A stretch of DNA of 64,000 nt from Thermoplasmatota archaeon (GCA_029762535.1 JARVGK010000016.1:1-64000), one strand, 5' to 3'. Counted from the first letter of the stretch, positions 1 to 9,663 are shown. Program-made: numbers and translations. Notes: generated from the sequence alone by a model not told the origin.

Positions 1-1
1 G

Positions 2-1708
2 TTCGGTTACGATGAGTGGAAGAACCATTCCATGAGTGGATCTGCGGATCTATACGAGTATAGGATAATAATACCCGAGAACAGGCTGTATCAGATGGAA
101 TACGTCATAAGCGCCAGGGATCGTGTGGGGAACTGGAACGATACGGGAATTAAAAAAGTGATGATCAAGGACAATGACCCTCCCATATTCGTGATCGACA
201 ATACCCCGAACCATGTACGGACCGGGGATATGTTCACGTTCCGTACGACGGTTCGGGACAACATCAAGGTCTCCGAGACCTTTGTCAACTATCGCTTCGG
301 ATCTTCTGATTACAGGAACGTGAGCATGTTCCGTTCCGGCGATTATCAGCATACCATGAAGATCCCTCTTGATTCCCCGGACAGGTTGTATTATTATTTC
401 TTGGCCGTTGATACCTCCGGCAACTGGAACAATACAAAAGAGAGAGAAGTTGTTGTGGTGGATGACCGTCCTCCGACGTTCGGGAAGGATCTGACCCCGG
501 ACGAGATAGGTACCGGGGAGGATCTCGAGTTCTGCGTCGAGGTCTTCGACAACATCGAGCTGTCCTCGGTATATGTCGAGTACTGGTTCGGATCGGGAGA
601 GAGAAGTAATGAGAGCATGTCGGGGTCTGGTCCTTTCAAGCACAACATAACGATCCCGTCGAACTCGACCGAGAAGTTGTACTACATATTCCATGCCGAA
701 GATAAGAACGGGAACTGGGCCGGCATGTTCGGGTCCGTTCTCGTCGAGGACACGATCCCACCTGTCGCGGTGATAGTGTCGGAAAGAACCGTAAATGAAG
801 ATACACCTTTCATTCTTGATGGTTCTCTCTCGAGCGACAATATCGGTATCACGAGCTGGGTGTGGAGGATCGAGATCGGTCCAAGATACGTGATAGCTCT
901 CGGTGAGCGAATAGAGCATATCTTTGAGGATCCGGGGATCTACAAGGTGAGCTTGAAAGTGACCGATGGTTCCGGCAACTGGGACATCGCCTCCATACAG
1001 CTGACCGTTCTTGACATCACTCCTCCGGTTGCGGATGCCGGAGGGGATCGCGACATCGAGGAGGGTTTGCTCCTTATCTTTGACGGTTCCGGTAGCCGGG
1101 ATAATGTCGGGGTCGTGAACTGGACATGGAGGTTCGTTTTAGAGTCGATTTATGGCATAGACAAGGAAGTGATACTCTACGGTATCTCCCCGTCGTATCT
1201 CTTTTCAAGGATCGACCTCTACGAGGTTTTCCTCAATGTGTCCGATGCTGTTGGGAACAGCGCTGAGGACCGTATCCTTGTGCGTGTCCGAGATGTGACC
1301 CCACCTGTTGCGAACGCCGGTCCGGACCAGAGAGTGAAGATTGGAACGATCGCTCTTCTTGATGGATCGGGATCGAGGGACAATATCGGGATCGTGAACT
1401 GGACCTGGAGCTTTGATACCGATAGCGGAGCGGAATATCTATTCGGCAAGTTCGCGGAGTATAATTTTACTGATGTAGGGAATTATACTGTCATTCTTAT
1501 TGTGGAGGATGCGGAGGGCAACTCGGCCGAGGCCGCCTGTTTGGTGGAGGTGTATTTGATCGAGGAAATAGATTTGGAAGAGGACAAACGATCTATTCTC
1601 GATTATTGGTGGATACTTATGTTGATCCTTCTGATCGAATGTGTTTATATTCTGTTCGTGATGGATAGGAGAAGATACCGGGAAAAGATCCATGATGCGG
1701 ATGACTAG
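2..1708 (+). CDS. PKD/Ig-like repeat cell-surface protein with C-terminal TM anchor (5'-truncated by window)
   Basis: Frame is open from nt 2. Repeated 'PPVADAG.D...LDGSGS.DN.GI.NWTW' PKD units and 'DNI.VS..VEY.FGS' Ig-like units, followed by a hydrophobic C-terminal helix and basic tail. Confidence 0.85.
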   Translation, partial: FGYDEWKNHSMSGSADLYEYRIIIPENRLYQMEYVISARDRVGNWNDTGIKKVMIKDNDPPIFVIDNTPNHVRTGDMFTFRTTVRDNIKVSETFVNYRFGSSDYRNVSMFRSGDYQHTMKIPLDSPDRLYYYFLAVDTSGNWNNTKEREVVVVDDRPPTFGKDLTPDEIGTGEDLEFCVEVFDNIELSSVYVEYWFGSGERSNESMSGSGPFKHNITIPSNSTEKLYYIFHAEDKNGNWAGMFGSVLVEDTIPPVAVIVSERTVNEDTPFILDGSLSSDNIGITSWVWRIEIGPRYVIALGERIEHIFEDPGIYKVSLKVTDGSGNWDIASIQLTVLDITPPVADAGGDRDIEEGLLLIFDGSGSRDNVGVVNWTWRFVLESIYGIDKEVILYGISPSYLFSRIDLYEVFLNVSDAVGNSAEDRILVRVRDVTPPVANAGPDQRVKIGTIALLDGSGSRDNIGIVNWTWSFDTDSGAEYLFGKFAEYNFTDVGNYTVILIVEDAEGNSAEAACLVEVYLIEEIDLEEDKRSILDYWWILMLILLIECVYILFVMDRRRYREKIHDADD

Positions 1709-1887
1709 GATAGAATTGATTGAGTGAGTGGATCCAACCGGATCGATCCGCGATCATCGAACCTATTTTAACCGTTCGAAAAAAGATATTTCCCCTCAGA
1801 AGGAGAATAGAACTACCTACAACTAGCAGAGGGGATCGCCTCCTCTGGGCAGCTTCGATGGCCTTCATACTGCTCGTGATCCCCCTC

Positions 1888-2031
1888 TATGAATTCACCG
1901 AGAAGGAAATTATCGATCCTGGAGATAAGATCCCCACATTCAGGGCGGATCGCCCCTTCATGTTCCTGATAATGCACAAGGAGACGAACTCGATCCTCTT
2001 CATGGGAAAGGTCGAGGATCCCACCGTATAA
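1888..2031 (+). pseudogene. Isolated serpin C-terminal fragment (distal reactive-centre loop + s1C/s4B/s5B) inside ORF 1720..2031
   Basis: TFRADRPFMFLIMHKETNSILFMGKVEDP is the serpin signature and is similar to the 3' end of 2586..3848. There is no upstream serpin body. Confidence 0.85.
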
Positions 2032-2034
2032 GAA

Positions 2035-2115
2035 TTACCTCTGGATCATTCTATATTCATTTCCCCGAAAGACCATTGCAGATATGAGAACGCTGGTATC
2101 GATGAACAATCTCAT
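2035..2115 (-). pseudogene. Truncated PIN-domain (VapC-like) toxin stub, 26 aa
   Basis: Hand translation MRLFIDTSVLISAMVFRGNEYRMIQR* matches the PIN N-terminus (cf. MKVVIDTNVYVSGILWNGNE at 4669). Start overlaps the AbrB stop as ATGA. Confidence 0.8.
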
Positions 2116-2366
2116 TCTGCCCAAGTCTCCTTCCTGGCCTTCAATATCGCCTTCTCGATTTCCTTACGCGATACCTTCTTATTTTTGGCGGCTTTGGACA
2201 TGAGTTCATTCAATTCCTCAATACGGACATTGGCCTTCTTCAATAGAATGAAATCACCGATGGCTTCGACCATAAGATATCCGTCCTTGTCGATCCGAAG
2301 GGTCTTTCGAATATCAACTGGAAGCGTTATCTGTCCTTTCGAGGTCACTTTGATCACTTCGGTCAT
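2112..2366 (-). CDS. AbrB/MazE/SpoVT family antitoxin
   Basis: KVTSKGQITLPVDIRKTL swapped-hairpin motif. Confidence 0.9.
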   Translation of the reverse strand: MTEVIKVTSKGQITLPVDIRKTLRIDKDGYLMVEAIGDFILLKKANVRIEELNELMSKAAKNKKVSRKEIEKAILKARKETWAE

Positions 2367-2380
2367 ATGGCATCCATTAA

Positions 2381-2397
2381 AGTAAGGAATTCTTACT
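2381..2397. promoter_or_regulatory. Inverted repeat AGTAAG-N5-CTTACT, probable AbrB autoregulatory operator
   Basis: Palindrome ~15 bp upstream of the AbrB start. A similar motif precedes the second AbrB gene. Confidence 0.55.
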
Positions 2398-2585
2398 ATT
2401 AATAGATTTATATCTTGATCGTAACTCCAAGCCAGTCCTTTGCTGGTATGATTGAAAGTAGCTGATGATTTGTCCTAATTATCCAAATATTATGATTCCA
2501 TTACCCCGATAATTCCCGGACCCTTTGATCTGATGTTAAATTCTCGTACCAATGTTACTAATATATACCTGACCAATGACATGTC

Positions 2586-3848
2586 GTGATCGCAATGGGA
2601 AGGAAATTCGTTTTCATCGGGATCGCACTCGCGATCCTTATATCCTCATGCCTGTCCGGGTGCCTCGATAGTGAAGATGAGGGGATCCCCGTCGAAACAA
2701 AATACGACCTTACGATGAAGAACGAACTGGTCAGGACCTCGAACGCCTTCGCGTTCGACCTCCTGGGGCCACTCGATGATGGCGAGAACCTCTTCTACTC
2801 GCCGTACAGCATCACCATCGCGATGGGAATGGCCTACGAAGGCGCAAGAGGTGACACGGCAAGTGAGATGGAACAGGTCATACACCTCCCCGCCGATAAT
2901 GGGACCAGGCATCAACTGTTCTCCGACCTTCAAGGCCGGATCAACGATCCTTCCTCGGAGTTCCAGCTCTCGACGGCGAACGCATACTGGGCCCAGACGG
3001 GCTATCCGATATTGCAGCTCTACAAGGACATCCTTGTGCAGTACTATCTCGCCCACGGCGAGGACCTGGACCTCTCCGGGGATCCTGTTGGCTCCGCTGC
3101 CAGGATCAACAAATGGGTCGAAGAAAAGACGAACGGTCGCATCAAGGACCTGATCTCCCCGGACCTGCTTTCCGCCGCCCGGCTGGTACTGACGAACGCC
3201 ATATATTTCAAGGGCACATGGCTTTACGAGTTCGATGGGGAGGCGACCGAAAATGAGCCGTTCCTGACCGCGAACGGGTCCGAGATCGAGTGCGACATGA
3301 TGAAGATGTGCGATGAGGATATAGATCTCTACTACGCCGAGAAGGACGGACTGAAGATGCTCGAGCTCCCTTACAAGGGCAGGGAGCTGTCCATGTTCGT
3401 GATCCTCCCGAGCTTAAAGACGGCGGACGCATCGGCCCTTCATATCGATGAGGATACCTTCGCCTCGCTCCATGACAGCATGAGGACGGCGTGGGTCGAT
3501 ATATGGATCCCCCGCTTCGAGTTCGAGAAGAGATATTCATTGGTCGAGACCCTGAGCGGCATGGGAATGCCCACGGCCTTCGGGATGGATGCGGACTTCT
3601 CGGGGATGGATGGGACGAGGAACCTATACATCAGCGAGGTGATCCATCAAACCTTCGTGAAGGTCGATGAGGAGGGCACCGAGGCCGCCGCCGCAACCGC
3701 TGTCATCATGTCAGAAAAAGGCGGCATCGGCGGGAGCGATCCCATTCCCGAGACCTTCCATGCGGACCATCCTTTCCTGTTCCTCATCCAACACAAGGCA
3801 ACGGGGCAGGTCCTCTTCATGGGCAAGGTCGAGTATCCCACGATATGA
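2586..3848 (+). CDS. Serpin (inhibitory type), lipoprotein
   Basis: LSGCL lipobox, NLFYSPYSI, LTNAIYFKGTW, hinge DEEGTEAAAAT, FHADHPFLFLI. Predicted P1 = Lys by counting from the hinge. Confidence 0.95.
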   Translation: MIAMGRKFVFIGIALAILISSCLSGCLDSEDEGIPVETKYDLTMKNELVRTSNAFAFDLLGPLDDGENLFYSPYSITIAMGMAYEGARGDTASEMEQVIHLPADNGTRHQLFSDLQGRINDPSSEFQLSTANAYWAQTGYPILQLYKDILVQYYLAHGEDLDLSGDPVGSAARINKWVEEKTNGRIKDLISPDLLSAARLVLTNAIYFKGTWLYEFDGEATENEPFLTANGSEIECDMMKMCDEDIDLYYAEKDGLKMLELPYKGRELSMFVILPSLKTADASALHIDEDTFASLHDSMRTAWVDIWIPRFEFEKRYSLVETLSGMGMPTAFGMDADFSGMDGTRNLYISEVIHQTFVKVDEEGTEAAAATAVIMSEKGGIGGSDPIPETFHADHPFLFLIQHKATGQVLFMGKVEYPTI

Positions 3849-4261
3849 GAAAAACCGTCCATCGTGTGAAGATCCCTATCGATGGGATCCACGAATCTCT
3901 GGAACATCTTATTGTCCCAGATTTATTAACTTCAATCAAAGAATAAATCTTCCCTTTGTTTCATCGATGATCATTCACTAGCTTCGCTTCATTTCTTTTC
4001 CAAAAAGAACCGTTCGCCCATCCTACTTACTTTCAGCTCCAGAATCCTGATCATCGACTCAAACTCACCCGACAGCCAACCGTTTCTTCACTCCGTTCAT
4101 CCACTTCCCGCGTTGAACACTCCCCCCTTCTGCACTCAGTTCGAAATCGCTTGAAGAGACCAGGGAAATACTTCACGAAAGGAATTTTTCAAAAGAATCG
4201 GGAAGTAAATACGTGAAGCTATGTTCACGATTATTCATCAAGGAAGAATGTCCATTATACT

Positions 4262-4669
4262 TTACACACAACTAATCATTTCAAGAAACTCTCTGGAACT
4301 TATTATTCTTATCCCCTCCACGTCCTTCATCACCAGTAGATCTTCATCTCCGGTGATTATATAATCAACATTTGTGACAACAGCACATTCCAGTATCTTG
4401 TTGTCTGAGGGATCCCTGCTTTTTATATCTGACTTAACCTTAATAGATACCAACCTTGAAAAGGAGAAATAGATCTTCAGGAGTTTGTCTATCTCTTCAT
4501 TGGTCAAATTGAATTTTCGGTATGACAACACGCGTTCCACTTCAGATAGAATATCAATGGAAGTATGATTTTCAAGTATTCCATCCATGCACATGTCAAC
4601 GATCTTAGATTCGTTGCCGTTCCAAAGAATGCCTGACACATACACATTGGTGTCAATGACTACCTTCAT
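4262..4669 (-). CDS. PIN-domain toxin (putative TA toxin)
   Basis: VVIDTNVYVS, RDPSDNKILECAV, IITGDEDLL. Confidence 0.92.
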   Translation of the reverse strand: MKVVIDTNVYVSGILWNGNESKIVDMCMDGILENHTSIDILSEVERVLSYRKFNLTNEEIDKLLKIYFSFSRLVSIKVKSDIKSRDPSDNKILECAVVTNVDYIITGDEDLLVMKDVEGIRIISSREFLEMISCV

Positions 4670-4930
4670 TCAGTTTTCCCTTGCCTTCTTGACAGCTTCT
4701 TTCACATCATCTCTCGTGATGCCCAGTTCCTTGATCCTTTCCCTGATCTTCGAAGTTGTCTCATCGAATTCCTGCTTAAGAGTGGAAGAACCGATCTTCT
4801 TGATGACAAGCGTGTCACCATCACCAATGGCAATAAGTTCCTCTCCTTCTTTCAGATCCATGCTTTTCCTCCAAGCAGCGGGGATCACTATCTGACCTTT
4901 GGATGATACCTTAATTACCGAAGCGTGCAT
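4670..4930 (-). CDS. AbrB/MazE family antitoxin (start re-assigned to ATG 4930)
   Basis: MHASVIKVSSKGQIVIPAAWRKSMDLKEG. Its stop directly abuts the PIN start. Confidence 0.9.
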   Translation of the reverse strand: MHASVIKVSSKGQIVIPAAWRKSMDLKEGEELIAIGDGDTLVIKKIGSSTLKQEFDETTSKIRERIKELGITRDDVKEAVKKAREN

Positions 4931-4946
4931 AGTATCACATGGATAA

Positions 4947-4962
4947 GTAAGACATATCTTAC
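4947..4962. promoter_or_regulatory. Inverted repeat GTAAGA-N4-TCTTAC, probable operator of the abrB-PIN operon
   Basis: Palindrome between an AT-rich TATA-like tract and the start codon. Shares GTAAG...CTTAC with 2381-2397. Confidence 0.55.
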
Positions 4963-5110
4963 ATATATATTTTCTTGCTATCTGCATTCCAAATATCTCC
5001 GAGTAGCCACAAAATTGTACAAAACCTTCTATATCATCCCCAAAAAGGATCCTTACTTTACTGACCGCCACAACCTCCTCATTCCGATCTTTCTCGGGAT
5101 CCCCCTCCCG

Positions 5111-5842
5111 CTAAAAGATGCCACAAAGGGATCGGTCCCTCGCCCTCTTCTCGTCCAATATCCTCCCGGATCTGACCTCCTCCACGTGACCCCTGCGAAG
5201 GCCCTCATACAGCGTCAGGAGCCGGGGGGAGATCCCCTTCAAAGCCTCCTCTATCCTCCGCCCCTCGCGGATCGCCTCCGGGCAGTCGGGGCGACACGGG
5301 ACGAACCTCTCCACAAAATAGGCCCTCGGATCGGGACCCCCATATTCCCTCAATTGCCTCGTGGCCTCGGCATCCTGATCGGTGCAGGCCATCAGATGCT
5401 CCACGAAGCTCTTCCTGCAGCACCGGGGAAAGTCCAGGAATGCCCCTGTCATGTTAGCGATAGCTATCTGGGCGACTATGAACTCACGATCCCCCATCGA
5501 CTCGTCGATGTCGGGGATCTTCACGGCCATCGCCTCCTTCTCGGGCCCGAAGAGGAACACCTTATGTACCTTCCTCCCGGCCTTCCTCACTGCCATGCCG
5601 ATCCCGGCCTCGATGGCGAGATCCCTAACGGACAGGATCTCCCTCTCGTTCACGGGATGGAACATCGATCCCTTCCGGATCATCGCCCCGACCATGAACA
5701 CGTTCTCGAGCCTTCTCGCCAGGCTCAACGGCCCCATGTAGCCCCTTATACATACTGTCTCCAACACCCCCTCGGAGGGAGGATCGTCCGGGCAGGATAG
5801 GTCGGCGCTTCTATGGTCCAGGGCAAGGTCTGTGATCTCCAC
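5111..5842 (-). CDS. DUF483-like archaeal protein
   Basis: FLDFPRCCRKSF and FVPCRPDCPEA motifs. Confidence 0.65.
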   Translation of the reverse strand: MEITDLALDHRSADLSCPDDPPSEGVLETVCIRGYMGPLSLARRLENVFMVGAMIRKGSMFHPVNEREILSVRDLAIEAGIGMAVRKAGRKVHKVFLFGPEKEAMAVKIPDIDESMGDREFIVAQIAIANMTGAFLDFPRCCRKSFVEHLMACTDQDAEATRQLREYGGPDPRAYFVERFVPCRPDCPEAIREGRRIEEALKGISPRLLTLYEGLRRGHVEEVRSGRILDEKRARDRSLCGIF

Positions 5843-5875
5843 AATGGTCCCAACGCCTTCTCACGATAAAAGGCT

Positions 5876-7351
5876 CTAGGTCCTCCAGGTGGAGGGGAAG
5901 AAAATGACGAGACATGTGATGAGCTCGAGCCTGCCGAGCCACATGAGGAAGGTCAGATACAGCTTGCCGAACTCGGATATCGAGGAGTAATTCTGCATTG
6001 GACCCACGATACCGAGGCCGGGACCGACGTTCCCAAGTGTAGCCGCAACGGAGGAAAAGGCGGATAGGGCATCCAACCCCGTCATCGTCATTATCAGAGT
6101 GGATACCCCCAGTATGGATATGTATCCGAAGAAGAACAGCAACACGCCCCTGACGATATCCTCCGAGAGGATCACGTTCCCGATCCTCAAGGGCATCACG
6201 GCCCTGGGATGCCCTATCCTTCGAATGCTTCTGAGGATTATCCTGCCGAGAATGAATATCCTGGCCGTCTTTATAGCACCGGCAGTGGACCCGGTCATAC
6301 CGCCCATGAGCATAACGATCAGCAGAACGAACCTGGACAGAGGGGGCCAGAGATCGTAATCGACCGTAGCATATCCCGTCGTGCTCATTAGAGACGTGAT
6401 GTAGAATGCGGAATGCCTCAAAGCCTCAAGGGGCGAATAGATGGAGTTCACAATAAGATCGCCCATCACGAGGAGAATGAAGAAGGACCATGCCAGGATG
6501 TAGAACCTGAACTCCTGGTCCCTCAGATACCCCCTCCACCTCCCCCGGAAGAGGTTGTAATGGAGGACGAAATTGGTGTTGCCGAACAATATGAAAATTA
6601 TGATGACGATCTCTATCAGGATCCCGAACCTCATGCCGGAGAAGTGTCCCACGCTTGAATTATAGGGGCTGAAACCGCCTGTCGATAGCGTGGTGAACGA
6701 ATGGCAGATGGCATCGTATATCGATACGCCAAGGACGGCAAGGGCTGCCGTCTGGGCAAGCGTGAGCGCCACGTATACCAACCATAGAGCCTTCGCCGTA
6801 TCCTTGACCCTGGGCAGTATCTTCTGCTTGGAATGTCCCGGGAACTCCCCCTTGAGCAGCATGAAGCCGGCCTTGGGACCCCCCAGCATGGTCGAGAACA
6901 GCGCCACGGCAAGGACGATGATCCCCATGCCGCCCAGCCACTGCGTCAGTGCTCTCCAGAACAGGATCGATCGGGGCAGTACGTCGATGGTCTGTATGAC
7001 CGACGATCCCGTGGTGGTGAAACCTGAGATGGACTCGAAGAAGCAGTCGATGGGGGAAGAGAACACGTTCATGATGCCGTAGGGGAGGGCCCCGATCGCA
7101 CCAACGCCGAGCCATGCGAGCGAAACTACGACCAATGCCTCGGAGGGGCGAATATCCCTCATCTCGGAGCGACCTGTACCCCTCATGAGCAATCCAAGAA
7201 GAAATGAGAACAGGCCCGGAAGGACGAAAGAGAACATCAGTACGGGGATGTCCTCCTTGAAAAGAAGCCCGACCACAAGAGGAAGAAGCATGAGGGCGGG
7301 AATGACCATCAATATGGTCCCGACCCCGGCCGCTACCGCCTTTATCCTCAT
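5876..7351 (-). CDS. trkH: Trk-type K+ uptake membrane protein
   Basis: FFESISGFTTTGSS, QWLGGMGIIVL, STGGFS, GSTAGAIK, LGNVGPG. Start moved to MRIKAV. Confidence 0.95.
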   Translation of the reverse strand: MRIKAVAAGVGTILMVIPALMLLPLVVGLLFKEDIPVLMFSFVLPGLFSFLLGLLMRGTGRSEMRDIRPSEALVVVSLAWLGVGAIGALPYGIMNVFSSPIDCFFESISGFTTTGSSVIQTIDVLPRSILFWRALTQWLGGMGIIVLAVALFSTMLGGPKAGFMLLKGEFPGHSKQKILPRVKDTAKALWLVYVALTLAQTAALAVLGVSIYDAICHSFTTLSTGGFSPYNSSVGHFSGMRFGILIEIVIIIFILFGNTNFVLHYNLFRGRWRGYLRDQEFRFYILAWSFFILLVMGDLIVNSIYSPLEALRHSAFYITSLMSTTGYATVDYDLWPPLSRFVLLIVMLMGGMTGSTAGAIKTARIFILGRIILRSIRRIGHPRAVMPLRIGNVILSEDIVRGVLLFFFGYISILGVSTLIMTMTGLDALSAFSSVAATLGNVGPGLGIVGPMQNYSSISEFGKLYLTFLMWLGRLELITCLVIFFPSTWRT

Positions 7352-7385
7352 CGGACACCTCCATACCATCTCGATATTTATGAAG

Positions 7386-8375
7386 TTACGTTTTGGGCTC
7401 CCCTTCAAGCACACCTGTGACGTATTCCCTGGCATCGTCCATACAGGTCGCCAGAACATCATCTCCCGGTTCGAAAGGGTGGTTGTAGAGAGGGCCGGAG
7501 GGCCTCTCGTTGTAATAGGGCCTGTTGCACCCGAGGCATCCCCTCGTCACGAAGACCCCCCTCATCTCCCCAAGTATGCTCCAGTCCAGGCCGGTCAATC
7601 TTCCGGAGGCGTCAAAGGAAACGCTATCCTCCGAAGCTCCGAGATCGAAGAGCATGTGCCTCAGGACCTGCATCGCTCTGTACCTGCCTATGGGCGGAGG
7701 GTCCCCGACGCCCTCTCTCTCAACAACCTGGGTAAAGGCGAATAAAGAGGGTGTCACCCCCTTGTTCCTGCATTCGAGCAGGGAATCGAAAACGTCTTTA
7801 TCCTTTTCCCCCATGCCGATTATAAGATGGGTGGAGACCTTCCACGGCCCGAACACATCCAGCGCTTCCCCTATTGCCCGCCAGTGGCCTTCATAAGTGT
7901 AGGCGTTCCCCGCACATGCGCCTTTCACCCGATCGAACACATCCTCGCAGCATCCGTCAAGGGCGATGCCGATGGAATCGGCCCCTTGCTCCTTCATTCT
8001 CTCCATGTAGGGCCTTGGAACGGGGGATATAGAAACGGATATCGGAAGCGAGGATGCGGAGTGTATCCTTCCTATGAGGTCCGGAAGGGATCGCAGATCG
8101 ACGGGGTCCATCAGGACCTGAAGGCATATCCTCCGGAATCCCTTATCCGATGCCCCCCCAAGCGCCTCGAGGAGGGACTCCTCCTGGACATGAGGCCAGG
8201 TAACCCTGCTCAGCCTGTCGTTCAAGGGCGATGACCTGCCCTGGGTGCAGAACAGGCAGTCGGAGGTGCATCTATCACCGACCATGATATATACCGTTGT
8301 GGGAGGCTCCTTGACCTTTCCCCTCCTCAAGCCCAGTGCGAGGGCGCTTCCTATCGATAGACGGAGATGTGCCAT
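7386..8375 (-). CDS. Radical SAM protein, LipS2-type lipoyl synthase subunit / biotin-synthase-related
   Basis: CxxxCxxC (CTSDCLFC) plus C-terminal TRGCLGCNRP, resembling the LipS2 TxGCPxC(N/D)RP motif. Confidence 0.75.
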   Translation of the reverse strand: MAHLRLSIGSALALGLRRGKVKEPPTTVYIMVGDRCTSDCLFCTQGRSSPLNDRLSRVTWPHVQEESLLEALGGASDKGFRRICLQVLMDPVDLRSLPDLIGRIHSASSLPISVSISPVPRPYMERMKEQGADSIGIALDGCCEDVFDRVKGACAGNAYTYEGHWRAIGEALDVFGPWKVSTHLIIGMGEKDKDVFDSLLECRNKGVTPSLFAFTQVVEREGVGDPPPIGRYRAMQVLRHMLFDLGASEDSVSFDASGRLTGLDWSILGEMRGVFVTRGCLGCNRPYYNERPSGPLYNHPFEPGDDVLATCMDDAREYVTGVLEGEPKT

Positions 8376-8534
8376 CCGAGAGGGATATGCCTATCCGATT
8401 ATATGATTTGGGGGGATCGAGATTTTTTTCATTATTTGATAACGGACAAAAATCAGATATATACCTCCACGGGGGATCGACCATTCCCCGGAGAATGGAT
8501 CTCCTTCAAGAAATTACCCGAGGAGCGTTATAGT

Positions 8535-9095
8535 TTGATCGACCATTACATAATACTGGATGTGACGCGGGATGCCACCGAGCCCGAGATCAAGAAAGCA
8601 TACCGAAAGATGGCGGCCGGGTATCATCCCGACCGGGTCGAATCCCTGGGGCCGAGGATCAAGGATTTCGCGATGGCTGAGATGCGAAAGCTCAACGAGG
8701 CCAAGGAAACGCTGCTCGATCCGGAGAAGAGGAGGAGATACGACCAGTCCCTGACAGAGGAGGGCAAACCCCGGACCAGAACATCTCAGTCCTTCAAATG
8801 CCCCCATTGCTCGAGGGCCATCACGGCAACCGTCGGAAACCAGCCCTACGTGACCTACTGTCCCTACTGCCAGAGAGGGATGACGATACCGGCCTGTAAT
8901 GCCGGCCCCTCCAACGGGAACGGACAGAAGAACATGGACCGCCTCTCAATATACAGGGAGGCCGTGAGGAGGGCCATGCTCGACGGGAAGATCACGAACG
9001 ACGAGATGATGATCCTGGAAGGGTTGAGGCAATCTCTATCCATATCGCCCACGGAGCATCAGGAGATCATACTGTCCTCGAAGGCAGTGAAGTAG
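8535..9095 (+). CDS. DnaJ-domain protein with Zn ribbon and C-terminal helical domain
   Basis: J domain with HPD, then CPHC...CPYC. TTG start lies after a GAGGAG RBS. Confidence 0.85.
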   Translation: MIDHYIILDVTRDATEPEIKKAYRKMAAGYHPDRVESLGPRIKDFAMAEMRKLNEAKETLLDPEKRRRYDQSLTEEGKPRTRTSQSFKCPHCSRAITATVGNQPYVTYCPYCQRGMTIPACNAGPSNGNGQKNMDRLSIYREAVRRAMLDGKITNDEMMILEGLRQSLSISPTEHQEIILSSKAVK

Positions 9096-9102
9096 GACCG
9101 AT

Positions 9103-9663
9103 TCATCTGTGATCCGCCATTGCAGTGCGCTCCAGTATCGCCAGATGCCTCTCATCTTCCGATCCCTCAGCGAGCATCAGGAACTTTTTCGACCCTGTCC
9201 CGCCCCATATGGTCGCGTTCGAAGTATCCTTCTTGAGGACCATCCGGGGATCGGCCAGCCCAATACCCTGACATGTAACGATGTCAGGCAGCTCCCGCGC
9301 GTCCTCCTCCGAGGGCCAATCCTCGGGCAGGGATATGGCGATAATGAATTCGGTATCGGGACCCGGGCCTGACAATTTCACCCCTTCACCGACCTGCCTG
9401 GATCCGGACAGGTACCGCAGAACCTCCATATTGCGATCCCTGGCCCTGCACCTGCCATCGACTATCGACCTTGCCGCCTGCATTATCGATGATCGGAGAT
9501 GGATCTCGGAAGCCACGGCGTCCCGGTCAACGATCAGTAACCTTCCTCCACATTCGATGGAGGAGGATAGCGATATCGCATCCTTATTCTCAACACCCCT
9601 GATATCGATGAGATGGACGTATATCTTCGACGGCAAGGATCTCATTCCCCGGGCTTGGATCAT
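9103..9663 (-). CDS. cgi121: KEOPS complex subunit Cgi121
   Basis: SEIHLRSSIMQAARS...RARDRNMEVLRYLSGSRQVGEG pattern. Confidence 0.75.
   Translation of the reverse strand: MIQARGMRSLPSKIYVHLIDIRGVENKDAISLSSSIECGGRLLIVDRDAVASEIHLRSSIMQAARSIVDGRCRARDRNMEVLRYLSGSRQVGEGVKLSGPGPDTEFIIAISLPEDWPSEEDARELPDIVTCQGIGLADPRMVLKKDTSNATIWGGTGSKKFLMLAEGSEDERHLAILERTAMADHR

Noticed and set aside
3849-4261. 410-bp gap between serpin and PIN genes as a further hairpin element or decayed gene
   Set aside because: Only short IRs (GATCCC-N7-GGGATC, CTTCACG/CGTGAAG) and broken reading frames without recognisable homology. Not enough to call.
4925-5800. Long antisense/alternate-frame ORFs (e.g. 4925..5800, 18578..19549, 23697..24602, 43588..44376, 55740..56528)
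   Set aside because: Shadows of well-supported genes in GC-rich DNA, with no recognisable motifs.
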